A stretch of 32,000 nt of DNA, taken from the NCBI GenBank assembly GCA_028713935.1, contig JAQTNI010000001.1, forward strand, positions 33,894 through 65,893. Reading direction: 5' to 3'. How positions within the stretch are numbered: the stretch's first letter is position 1; every line of letters begins with the position of its first letter. This document shows, one piece after another, positions 8,241 to 16,019 of the stretch. Below the pieces are notes generated by a model that was given only the letters and a program-made list of their open reading frames with translations, did no database searches and had not been told where the DNA came from. The position numbers and the translations under genes are program-made. Origin of the DNA: Candidatus Iainarchaeum sp. GTDB taxonomy: Archaea > Iainarchaeota > Iainarchaeia > Iainarchaeales > GCA-2688035.

Positions 8241-8660
8241 TCAATCAATTTTTCCATTTTTTTTAAACCATAGTGCCAGCACAATGAAAGTGATTGCAGG
8301 CACAACAATTAATGCCTCAAAAGCGTATCTAAATTCAATTTCGGGAAGCCTGAAAAACTCAATTGCAAACATATTGGCAACCATTATTACGATTGCAAGC
8401 CACAATCCGACAAGAAAAGCATAATAACCAGCTTTCCAGGTTGCTTTTTTGGACAATTCATCCTCCAGAGGCAGGCCTGTTTTGATTGAAGTGACTTTTT
8501 CAGAAGCGGCAACAATTGCAATAAGTCCTACTGCAACTGCAATTGCAACAGTGGCAACAAGCCAAAAAGAACTGCCAGGCAGAGAAAAAAACAGGGAAAA
8601 ACCCGCAATCAGCAAAGCCGCAAGAAAAACCCGGATAAAAAGATTCAACCGTTTGCCCAT
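8241..8660 (-). CDS. Four-TM membrane protein co-transcribed with the XRE regulator (DUF2178-like)
   Basis: 139-codon ORF with 4 hydrophobic helices, 12 nt upstream of the XRE gene on the same strand. Confidence 0.65.
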   Translation of the reverse strand: MGKRLNLFIRVFLAALLIAGFSLFFSLPGSSFWLVATVAIAVAVGLIAIVAASEKVTSIKTGLPLEDELSKKATWKAGYYAFLVGLWLAIVIMVANMFAIEFFRLPEIEFRYAFEALIVVPAITFIVLALWFKKNGKID

Positions 8661-8689
8661 AAAAACACCTCTTGTTAGATTAAACTAAC

Positions 8690-8709
8690 ATGTTATATTT
8701 ATATAACAT
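8690..8709. promoter_or_regulatory. Perfect 9-bp inverted repeat ATGTTATAT-tt-ATATAACAT upstream of the membrane-protein/XRE operon
   Basis: 20-bp palindrome 30 nt upstream of the start codon at 8660. It overlaps an AT-rich TATA-like stretch and is a likely operator. Confidence 0.45.
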
Positions 8710-8731
8710 TAGGTTTTTAAAGGTTTCCAAA

Positions 8732-9187
8732 TCAGTAGTTTCCTGTCCTTCTTTCTTTTGGCAGGAAATTGAAGAGCTTTCCGTTTAATGCTTTTCCCGT
8801 TCCCATAAAATCTTCTTTGTTTTTCACAATAAAAATTCCTTTCAGGCTTTTTTCTATTTCAATGCTTTCGCAGTTCATCCATCTTTCTTTCTGCACAGAA
8901 GAAATTTCCAGAATGTTTTTTTTGATTTTTTTTGAAAGCAGATGCGTTGCATCAAGGCTTAATCGCAGCTCCCCGCCTTCTCTTCTTGCAAAAAACAGGC
9001 CCATTGTCTGTATTTGCAGGTTTTTTACCAGGATTCCAAGGTCTTCTTTTGAAACGCTTCCGGTAAAAATCCTTATGTCCCTGATTGTTTCAAAAAATAA
9101 AAAATCCGGCTTTTCAATGCCAAAATTTTTTTCAAGATTCCTCAATAATTCCTTTTTTTTGCCTTTTGTCAAAAACCTGATCTTCAT
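8732..9187 (-). CDS. NIP7-like PUA-domain RNA-binding protein (UPF0113/COG1374-like)
   Basis: 151 aa, directly downstream of the NOL1/NOP2/Sun methyltransferase gene. The layout of an N-terminal alpha/beta domain plus a C-terminal PUA-like segment (GIFIVKNKEDFMGTGKA) resembles NIP7. This is motif-level evidence only. Confidence 0.5.
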   Translation of the reverse strand: MKIRFLTKGKKKELLRNLEKNFGIEKPDFLFFETIRDIRIFTGSVSKEDLGILVKNLQIQTMGLFFARREGGELRLSLDATHLLSKKIKKNILEISSVQKERWMNCESIEIEKSLKGIFIVKNKEDFMGTGKALNGKLFNFLPKERRTGNY

Positions 9188-9191
9188 AAAA

Positions 9192-10139
9192 TCACTCTTT
9201 TTTTAATTTTGCAACAAAAAAACCTTCACAGTCATTGTCCTGCGGATAAATCCTGCAGGCATTTTCAATTCCTTCCACAAAACTGCTTTTCCCCCATTCC
9301 TTAATGCCATGCCTTGATTTCAAAGGCAGGCTTGCTTTTTCAATCACCAAGCCTTTTTTTTGCGCCAGGTAAGAAACAACTTCCTCATTTTCTTCAGGGG
9401 CATGAGTGCAGGTTGAATAAACCATTGTTCCGCCTTTTTTTAAAAGCGCGGAAGCCGAAATTGCAATTTTTTTCTGCAAATCGCTTAATTGCCTTATTGC
9501 ACCAATGCTCCAGGTAATTAAAGTTTTTGGATTGCTGCGGATATTTCCCTCTCCAGAGCAGGGAACATCAACGAGAATTTTGTCAAACTCAAGGTTAATG
9601 CTGCCCATTTCCTGGCATAAAAAAATTGCGTCTTCTTTTGTCACAATTGTGTTTCCAACAGCGCATCTTTCAAGGTTTGAGCAAAGCGAAATTATCCTGT
9701 CAACTGCCCTGTCATTTGCAATTATTGCGCCTGAATTTTCCATTAAGGCTGCAATCTGAGTTGTTTTTGAGCCTGGAGAAGCGCATAAGTCAAGCACAAA
9801 TTCCCCTGGTTTTGGCTCAAGTGCGAATGCAGGCATCATGCTGGAAACTTCCTGGACATAATAATAGCCAAGCAGATGCTCAATTGCTTTTCCGATTTCT
9901 CCAGGCAGCAGCTTGCTTTCAATAAGCATTATTTCCTGCCTGCCGGAAAAAGGCTGGCTTATTTTCCAGTTTTTTTCCTCCAATTTTTGCCTTAATTCAT
10001 CGGGAGAAATTTTCAGTGTATTGCAGCGGATAAAATTCAATGGGTATTCATGGATTTTTTTTGAAAAATCCGCAAAATCACTTTCTTCAGGCAGAAGCCT
10101 GCGCATTCTTTCCTCAAACAAGGGCTTCGGGTTTATCAT
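9192..10139 (-). CDS. NOL1/NOP2/Sun-family RNA cytosine-C5 methyltransferase
   Basis: SAM motif DLCASPGSKT, catalytic DVPCSGEG and YSTCT motifs. Confidence 0.9.
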   Translation of the reverse strand: MINPKPLFEERMRRLLPEESDFADFSKKIHEYPLNFIRCNTLKISPDELRQKLEEKNWKISQPFSGRQEIMLIESKLLPGEIGKAIEHLLGYYYVQEVSSMMPAFALEPKPGEFVLDLCASPGSKTTQIAALMENSGAIIANDRAVDRIISLCSNLERCAVGNTIVTKEDAIFLCQEMGSINLEFDKILVDVPCSGEGNIRSNPKTLITWSIGAIRQLSDLQKKIAISASALLKKGGTMVYSTCTHAPEENEEVVSYLAQKKGLVIEKASLPLKSRHGIKEWGKSSFVEGIENACRIYPQDNDCEGFFVAKLKKE

Positions 10140-10190
10140 AAGGAAATTAACAATCGAGAAGCTTTTATACTTAAAGTGCTTATTGTTTTC

Positions 10191-10820
10191 ATGGAATCTT
10201 TTTTTGCAATCAGGGCAATAATGGCAATTGTTTTGATAATTTTTTTTGCTGCTTTGTTTGATTCTTATCCATACCTTAAGGCTTTTTTTATTGCATTGTT
10301 TTTTTTAGTGGTGATTTATTACCGCAGGTCACAACTGGCAAACATTTCCGCCTTTACAAAAAAAGCAAACGGCTTTGATGACAGAAAAATTTTGATTCCC
10401 TTTTACACAATTTTTTTGGTGTTTTGCGCATATGACTTTTTATCACAGCCAATGAATCTTCCGATAACAATTTTTGGCGGAATTGTTTTTACAATCGGAA
10501 TTTATATTTATTCCAACAGCGTAAAAAAGCTTGGCAAGTTTTTTTCCACCGCAGTTGAAATAAAGGAAAAACACAGGCTGATTCAAAACGGGCCATACAA
10601 ACACGTAAGGCACCCGGCTTATTTTGGCTCCCTGCTTTTTTTGGGAGGCTTGGCAATTGCAGCAAACAGCCTTATTGCAGGCATAATTTACCTAATCCTT
10701 CTCCTGCCATGGTTTGCTTGGCGCATTTCAAGCGAAGAAAAAATGCTTGAAAAAGAATTTGGAAAAACCTTTTTAGAATACAAAAAGAAAACAAAAATTC
10801 TTATTCCAAAGCTTCTTTGA
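10191..10820 (+). CDS. ICMT/PEMT-family membrane methyltransferase
   Basis: Polytopic protein with C-terminal GPYKHVRHPAYFGSLLFLGG, typical of isoprenylcysteine carboxyl / phospholipid methyltransferases. Start set at the first ATG; the track uses the GTG at 10176. Confidence 0.75.
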   Translation: MESFFAIRAIMAIVLIIFFAALFDSYPYLKAFFIALFFLVVIYYRRSQLANISAFTKKANGFDDRKILIPFYTIFLVFCAYDFLSQPMNLPITIFGGIVFTIGIYIYSNSVKKLGKFFSTAVEIKEKHRLIQNGPYKHVRHPAYFGSLLFLGGLAIAANSLIAGIIYLILLLPWFAWRISSEEKMLEKEFGKTFLEYKKKTKILIPKLL

Positions 10821-10836
10821 AAATTGCATTTTTTCC

Positions 10837-11073
10837 TTAACCGCAATTGACAGTTATCTTATTTACAGATGCGGCATCAGGACAGTTGCCTGTTATGCCA
10901 ATCGCGCTTGCTTCACAAGTGCTAGTGCCATAAAAGTTTGCTGGCTTGTTCAGTTCTCTGCATAATTTTAGCGCTGTTGGCTCTTGCATTGAATAGAAAT
11001 TTCCTGCCAAAAAACCGACAATCAACCCGATTATCAGGATTCCTATAATCAAAATATTTTTATTTTCAACCAA
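10837..11073 (-). CDS. Small membrane-anchored Cys-containing protein (hypothetical)
   Basis: 78 aa with one N-terminal TM helix and four Cys in the exposed part. Confidence 0.45.
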   Translation of the reverse strand: MVENKNILIIGILIIGLIVGFLAGNFYSMQEPTALKLCRELNKPANFYGTSTCEASAIGITGNCPDAASVNKITVNCG

Positions 11074-11116
11074 TTTATCACCTCTTGAATATTAAATGGC
11101 TAATCTTTTTTAAGTG

Positions 11117-12226
11117 TTAGCCTTTTGATTTTCCGATTTCTTTCACTGCTTTGACAAACATTCCAGCTGCCCATGCGGAGTTTGGCTCTGATTTCAGGAA
11201 CAGGCTATTAACCGGCTTTCCTTCAAACAAAAAATCATGCACACACTTGTTTTCAATTATTATTTCAGAAATTTTTCTTATTTCCTGCCTTGCCTCTTTT
11301 TTCCAGCCAATTTTGTCCAGGACAATTGCATTCAGGCAGCCAAGCCAGAGCCATGAAAAGCCATTGTGAATGTGATATTCCTGCAGGGGCATTAGCACCA
11401 GTGGCAGCCTCCAGAAAGGATAGGCAGGGTAGTTTGTCTGCAAAGGCCACTTGTTCAATTGGTGCTGTTTTATCTTGTTTGCAATCATCTGGCCCTGCTC
11501 TTCATCTGCAATTTCCCACCAGGCAGCCAATAGGTTTCCGTCTGCTGCAAAATAATCGTGTTTCTGGATAAAAATCCAGTCAGCATAAAAAGCCCCTGTC
11601 CAGAATTCCTCGTTGATTTTTCTTTTGATGCTAATTGCTGTTTTTGAGGCTGTTTCCGCAAGCTCTTTTTGTTTCAGCAAAATGCATAGCCTTTCAAAAG
11701 AATCAATTGCCTTGAAAAAACAGGCATTGGAATACAAAACAGTCCCATATTTCAATACTGATTCTGCCCAATTGCCAAGCACTGTTTCTTCTACCAAAAA
11801 ATCCTTGTCTTTGTCGCGGGAAACAAGCCAGTCAACTGCTTTTTTTAAACTGCCAAAATTCTGCCTTGCAAAATCCAGGTCCTTTGTTTTGTCAACATAT
11901 TCTGTAAAAGCAATTATCCCAAGAGCAGTGGCATCAATCGGCTTTCCAACAATCATCTTGTAAGAAGGCTTTAATTTTTTGTCAAAAAACAACGGCAAAA
12001 TTCCTTTCGGGCCTTGTTGCCCAAAAAAAAGTTCAAGGTTTTTTTTTGCTATTTCAAAATCCCCGAGTTCCATTGCGCCAAAACAGGCAAAAAAAGAGTC
12101 CCTTGCCCTGTATTCCTTCAAAAAAACGCTTCCTGCAAGAATTCCTTTTTCAGAATAGCATTTTTGCAGGCATTTTGCTGCAATTGAAAAAGCCTCTTCA
12201 ACCTCGGGATGCATCCATAAAAACAT
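11117..12226 (-). CDS. (alpha/alpha)6 glycoside hydrolase, glycogen-debranching-enzyme C-terminal (GDE_C)-like
   Basis: 369 aa with W/F/Y-rich helical repeats and a YRARDSFF motif reminiscent of amylo-alpha-1,6-glucosidase-type six-hairpin glycosidases. Family assignment is tentative. Confidence 0.55.
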   Translation of the reverse strand: MFLWMHPEVEEAFSIAAKCLQKCYSEKGILAGSVFLKEYRARDSFFACFGAMELGDFEIAKKNLELFFGQQGPKGILPLFFDKKLKPSYKMIVGKPIDATALGIIAFTEYVDKTKDLDFARQNFGSLKKAVDWLVSRDKDKDFLVEETVLGNWAESVLKYGTVLYSNACFFKAIDSFERLCILLKQKELAETASKTAISIKRKINEEFWTGAFYADWIFIQKHDYFAADGNLLAAWWEIADEEQGQMIANKIKQHQLNKWPLQTNYPAYPFWRLPLVLMPLQEYHIHNGFSWLWLGCLNAIVLDKIGWKKEARQEIRKISEIIIENKCVHDFLFEGKPVNSLFLKSEPNSAWAAGMFVKAVKEIGKSKG

Positions 12227-12269
12227 GTAAAGAGCAATTTTTTAATATTAGAGTCACCTAAATATACTC

Positions 12270-12599
12270 ATGCCAAAAACACCGAGAATAGGTCTTGTAA
12301 GGCGGGCTTTGGGGTCAGTGCAGGCCTACCGTGCTCGCAGGCGGCGCATTAACAAATTGGGAAAATGCCTAAAAAAAGTAAAATCCGCACTCAGGTTACA
12401 AGTAAACAATGCCAGAGAGGCAATTATTTTGAAAAGAGAGGCGGCTTCCCCTCCAAAGTCTGGTGACAGAGTTCTAACTGTGATAGACAAATGGGCAGAG
12501 TCGGACTTGAAATTAGGCATTCCAAAAATACGCAAATTGAAACGCAGACGCGATTTGATTAATGCAAAACTTGCAAGTTTACAAACAAAACCCAAATAA
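12270..12599 (+). CDS. Small highly basic hypothetical protein
   Basis: 109-codon ORF, R/K-rich, no motif recognised. Confidence 0.45.
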   Translation: MPKTPRIGLVRRALGSVQAYRARRRRINKLGKCLKKVKSALRLQVNNAREAIILKREAASPPKSGDRVLTVIDKWAESDLKLGIPKIRKLKRRRDLINAKLASLQTKPK

Positions 12600-12612
12600 G
12601 CAAATTTCAATT

Positions 12613-13407
12613 ATGAATTGTTCAAAAATAACAAAAAGCATTTTTAAGAAACTGAAAAAGCGCTCTCCAAAAAGCCACAAATGCCAAAATGGCCTTGTTT
12701 TAATAATTGCAGGCAGCAAACAATACCAGGGCAGCCTTGTTTTCAGCGCAAAAACAGCAAGCAGGCTTGCAGACCTTATTTTTGCATGCACAGCAAAAGA
12801 AAACATTCCAATAATAAAAAAAATTTCTCCCGAATTAATTGTACATCCAATGAAAGACTCATTAAAACTTGCGGAAAAAGCAGATTCAATCCTGATTGGG
12901 CCTGGGCTTGAAAAAAACCAAAAAAACAAATTACTAATAAAAAAAATCCTAAAAAAATTCTGGAACAAAAAAACAATTCTGGACGCAACAGCTCTCCGCT
13001 TAATTTCCCCTGAAAACCTGCACTCAAATTGCTGCGTAACCCCCCATGCAAAAGAATTTCTCGCATTGTTCCATGAAAAACCCTCAAAAAAAACAGTTTT
13101 CAGAAACGCGCAAAAAAACAATTGCATAATTGTTGCAAAAAGCCCAATTGATTTCATCAGCAATGGAAAAAAAATTTTTTGCAATTCAACTGGAAATCCA
13201 GGAATGACAACCGGCGGAACAGGAGACACTCTCGCAGGGCTGATTGCAGGATTTGCAGCAAAAAACTCTTTGCTTGAATCTGCCCTTGCAGCCTGCTACT
13301 TGAATGGCTTTGCAGGAGACCTGCTCTTCAAAGAACGCGGCTTTATGTTCAATGCGGAAGACCTAATGGAAAAGCTTCCAATCGCATACAAAAAATTGTC
13401 AGCCTGA
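12613..13407 (+). CDS. nnrD: ADP/ATP-dependent NAD(P)H-hydrate dehydratase (YjeF C-terminal domain)
   Basis: KCQNGLVLIIAGS and the C-terminal GGTGDTLAGLIAGFAA motif. Start trimmed to the ATG at 12613. Confidence 0.85.
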   Translation: MNCSKITKSIFKKLKKRSPKSHKCQNGLVLIIAGSKQYQGSLVFSAKTASRLADLIFACTAKENIPIIKKISPELIVHPMKDSLKLAEKADSILIGPGLEKNQKNKLLIKKILKKFWNKKTILDATALRLISPENLHSNCCVTPHAKEFLALFHEKPSKKTVFRNAQKNNCIIVAKSPIDFISNGKKIFCNSTGNPGMTTGGTGDTLAGLIAGFAAKNSLLESALAACYLNGFAGDLLFKERGFMFNAEDLMEKLPIAYKKLSA

Positions 13408-13465
13408 TTTCACCAAGATTTTAAAAAACCATATCAATAATACTTTTTGAGTTGGGAGCAAGGTG

Positions 13466-13498
13466 GGCATGAACAAGGTTCATGCCTGCCAAATTTTT
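13466..13498 (+). terminator. Hairpin GGCATGAA-caagg-TTCATGCC followed by a T5 run
   Basis: 8-bp perfect stem about 60 nt after the nnrD stop, then ATTTTTAC. Confidence 0.4.
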
Positions 13499-13549
13499 AC
13501 TTCTCCAAAAGAAGCAATTAAAAACCACTTGATTCCTAATTTTAACACT

Positions 13550-13678
13550 GCAGAGGTGGCAAGGCCTTTCTTTGCCTTGCAAAGAAAGCCCTGGGAAAGA
13601 AATACTTTTTGCCAATGCAAAAAGTGCTTCGCAAAGGAAACCCCTGGGAAAAAATTGCCGCCAATAAAAGAAAATCAT
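13550..13678 (+). repeat. Duplicate of the first 12 nt of tRNA-Ser(UGA) fused to an extra copy of the tRNA-intron two-hairpin module
   Basis: GCAGAGGTGGCA at 13550-13561 is identical to 13679-13690, the tRNA 5' end. The 117 nt between them begin AGGCCTTTCTTTGCCTTGCAAAGAAAGCCCTGGGAAAGAAA, paralogous to the starts of both Ser-tRNA introns. Confidence 0.75.
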
Positions 13679-13872
13679 GCAGAGGTGGCAGAACTTGGTA
13701 AATGCGCCGGCCTTGAGAAGCCTTTCTTTCTAAAGAAAGAAAGCCTTGGGAAAGAAACAGTTTGGCTCTGCCAAACTGTAGTTCGCTTCGCTTACATTAG
13801 AAAAAAAGATTATTATTTTTCAGGCGAGCCGGTGTCCGAAAGGGCGCGTGGGTTCAAATCCCATCCTCTGCG
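13679..13872 (+). tRNA. tRNA-Ser(UGA), class II, with a ~109-nt intron at 37/38 (about 13718-13826)
   Basis: Acceptor GCAGAGG/CCTCTGC, 3-bp D stem GCA/TGC, anticodon stem CCGGC/GCCGG, loop CTTGAGA, long variable arm TGTCCGAAAGGGCGC, T arm GTGGG-TTCAAAT-CCCAT, discriminator G. A BHB-like fold is possible: CTTG pairs with CAGG between bulges AG|A and CG|A. Confidence 0.85.
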
Positions 13873-13877
13873 CAATC

Positions 13878-13886
13878 TTTTTTTTT
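13878..13886 (+). terminator. Oligo-T tract (T9) 5 nt after tRNA-Ser(UGA)
   Basis: An uninterrupted T run, the usual archaeal termination signal. Confidence 0.55.
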
Positions 13887-14250
13887 ATTTTGCTGTTTTT
13901 ACCCATGTTTCTGCAGAGTTTTTTTTGGGGTTGAAATAAAACCCGATTTCAAGAAGAGCCCGGCTTGTTTCATCGCCTTTTTTGTTTTTGATTGTGATAA
14001 CAAGTTCATGCTCAAGGCTGCCTGGCTTTAAGAGCGATTCAATCTGCCTTTTTATAAAACTTGTTGCCTCTTTTTCAGGGGCATTCTCTAAAATCCGTGA
14101 GTGAGTTGCTTCCAAAAAATATGGCGCAGGGTTTGTGCTGAAAAAAGTTTTCAGCTTCGCCTCTAATTCATTGAAAGAGGAAAAATCCCCTGTCCAGGTT
14201 AATTTTGTTTTCAATTGACCACAAAAAGCATTTTTGCAGAAGCAATTCAT
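13885..14250 (-). CDS. Hypothetical protein
   Basis: 121-codon ORF filling the gap between the tRNA and the next gene. No motif recognised. Confidence 0.45.
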   Translation of the reverse strand: MNCFCKNAFCGQLKTKLTWTGDFSSFNELEAKLKTFFSTNPAPYFLEATHSRILENAPEKEATSFIKRQIESLLKPGSLEHELVITIKNKKGDETSRALLEIGFYFNPKKNSAETWVKTAK

Positions 14251-14256
14251 TCAGGA

Positions 14257-14532
14257 TTATTTTCTGCCTTTTTTTGCATGTTCCAAATATTTCTGATGGC
14301 AGTCTTCAGAGCAAAATCCCCGCAGGAACATTACTGTTCCGTCATCAGTGATGTCCTTGTCGCAATGCATGCATCTTTTGTTTTTTTTAAGGCCAAATTT
14401 GTCGTAATATGGCTTGTCAGTAATTATTGGCAAATTCCCACCTCGTATAGAACCAGCTGCAATAATCTTAAAAATCTGAATCTTTTGGGGATTTCTGCTC
14501 TTGTTGCATTTATTTGTATCCACCATCAACAA
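14257..14532 (-). CDS. TRASH/FCS-type zinc-ribbon protein
   Basis: CMHCDKDI-x16-FCSEDCHQKY matches the C-x2-C ... C-x3-C TRASH/YHS-like metal-binding pattern. The N-terminal extent is uncertain, and it overlaps the SDR 3' end by 23 nt. Confidence 0.45.
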   Translation of the reverse strand: MLMVDTNKCNKSRNPQKIQIFKIIAAGSIRGGNLPIITDKPYYDKFGLKKNKRCMHCDKDITDDGTVMFLRGFCSEDCHQKYLEHAKKGRK

Positions 14533-15241
14533 TCAGGGTTGTTCCTGTGATATAGCTTGCATCATCGGATGCCAAAAAGAGAACTGCCCTTGCCACTTCT
14601 TCAGGTTTTGCCCATCTTTTGAGCCAAATTTTTTCAGTTTCTTTTTCAATGTATTTTTTTGGCAAGTTTTTGTTCATTGCGGTATCAATCCATCCCGGAG
14701 CAACTGAATTTACAAGAATATTGGGGGCAAGGGCTTCAGCCAATGTTTTTGTTAAACTGATTACTCCTGCTTTCGCAGCAGCATAATCCATGGAATCAGG
14801 GTTTTGAGAATTTATCCCGCTTGTGGAAGAGATATTCACAATTTTGCCTTTTTTCATGAAAGGAAGAACCGCTTTTGCCACCAAAAAAGGCCCAATAAGG
14901 TTGACAGCAAGGGTTTTTTGCCATTGCTCAATAGTCTTTTCCTTAAAGGGAATGTCAAAAACAATTCCTGCATTGTTTACTAAAATGTCAATTTTTCCAA
15001 ATTTTTTTCCAACTTCGCTTGCCATTCTTTTTACATCGCTTTCATTTGAAATGTCGGCTTTGACAAAAATTGCATCGCTGCCCAGTGCCTTCAATTCTTC
15101 CAAAACCTTTTTTGCTTCAAGTTCAGAATTGTCACAATTAATTGCAATTTTTGCGCCTTCTTTTGCAAATAGCACAGCACAAGCCTTGCCGATTCCCCTG
15201 CTTGCGCCAGTAATCAGAACTGTTTTATCCTTAAATCGCAT
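14510..15241 (-). CDS. Short-chain dehydrogenase/reductase (FabG-like)
   Basis: TGASRGIGKA cofactor motif, NNAG, and a Y-x3-K catalytic motif (YAAAK). Start trimmed to MRFKDKTVLITG at 15241. Confidence 0.9.
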   Translation of the reverse strand: MRFKDKTVLITGASRGIGKACAVLFAKEGAKIAINCDNSELEAKKVLEELKALGSDAIFVKADISNESDVKRMASEVGKKFGKIDILVNNAGIVFDIPFKEKTIEQWQKTLAVNLIGPFLVAKAVLPFMKKGKIVNISSTSGINSQNPDSMDYAAAKAGVISLTKTLAEALAPNILVNSVAPGWIDTAMNKNLPKKYIEKETEKIWLKRWAKPEEVARAVLFLASDDASYITGTTLIVDGGYK

Positions 15242-15296
15242 ATATAGTTTTATGAGGTTGTTAGCCCTTAAAAAAGTTTCTGCAATTGATAGAATC

Positions 15297-16019
15297 ATGG
15301 AACGCTTCTGGGAAATTGATTTTCTGCGCGGAATAGCAATAATAATGATGATACTGTTTCATTTGCTGTTTGACATTGCTTTTTTCACTAGCATCAAAGT
15401 TCCTGTTGATTCCGGCTTCTGGTTCTGGTTTGCAAGGGCAACAGCAGCAATTTTCATTCTCCTTGTGGGAATTTCCCTCACAATAAGCCATCAGCGCACA
15501 ATTGAATCAGGTGGCAAGGCGGGAAAAAAATTTTTTAAAAGAGGCACAAAAATATTTTGTTATGGCTTGTTGATAACAATTATTACCTGGATTTTCTTTC
15601 CAGGCGAATTCATTATTTTTGGAATACTGCATTTTATTGGAATTTCAATAATAATTTCCCAGTTGTTTTTCAATTGGAAATGGAAAAACCTATTGCTTGG
15701 AATGGCCCTTTTTCTTTCAGGGCTTTTTCTGCAGAATTTTTCCTTTAATTTTCCCTGGCTATTATGGCTTGGATTTAAGCCGGAACAATTTGCAACTTTT
15801 GATTATTTTCCCTTATTGCCCTGGTTTGGCCTTGTTTTAATTGGCCTGTTTGCAGGCAACCTTCTTTATCCAAAAGCAAAAAGGGCTTTCAGAATTCCGG
15901 AACTTGGAAAAAAGCTTTTTGCAAGAGAACTATGCTGGCTTGGCAAGCATTCCCTTGCAATCTATTTGCTGCACCAGCCGATTCTTGTTGCAATAATGCT
16001 AATTTTGAAAACAGCCTAA
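15297..16019 (+). CDS. DUF1624 / heparan-alpha-glucosaminide N-acetyltransferase-like membrane acyltransferase
   Basis: Starts MERFWEIDFLRGIAIIMMILFH and is polytopic. The first 158 codons of track ORF 14823-16019 are antisense to the SDR gene and are discarded. Confidence 0.75.
   Translation: MERFWEIDFLRGIAIIMMILFHLLFDIAFFTSIKVPVDSGFWFWFARATAAIFILLVGISLTISHQRTIESGGKAGKKFFKRGTKIFCYGLLITIITWIFFPGEFIIFGILHFIGISIIISQLFFNWKWKNLLLGMALFLSGLFLQNFSFNFPWLLWLGFKPEQFATFDYFPLLPWFGLVLIGLFAGNLLYPKAKRAFRIPELGKKLFARELCWLGKHSLAIYLLHQPILVAIMLILKTA

Noticed and set aside
12579-13229. Long antisense ORFs inside well-supported genes (for example 12579-13229 -, 17085-17675 +, 22391-22879 -, 26873-27493 +, 31422-31877 -)
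   Set aside because: Each lies opposite a gene with strong family motifs (nnrD, guaA, CDGSH protein, ROK kinase, MacB permease), and their products are low-complexity. They are typical shadow ORFs of AT-rich DNA.
13421-13939. Track ORFs 13421-13678 (-) and 13463-13939 (+) spanning the tRNA-Ser(UGA) locus
   Set aside because: They run through a tRNA gene, its intron and hairpin repeats, and their translations are low-complexity. They are spurious.
14823-15296. N-terminal 158 codons of track ORF 14823-16019
   Set aside because: They are antisense to the well-supported SDR gene. The DUF1624 homology starts at the ATG at 15297.
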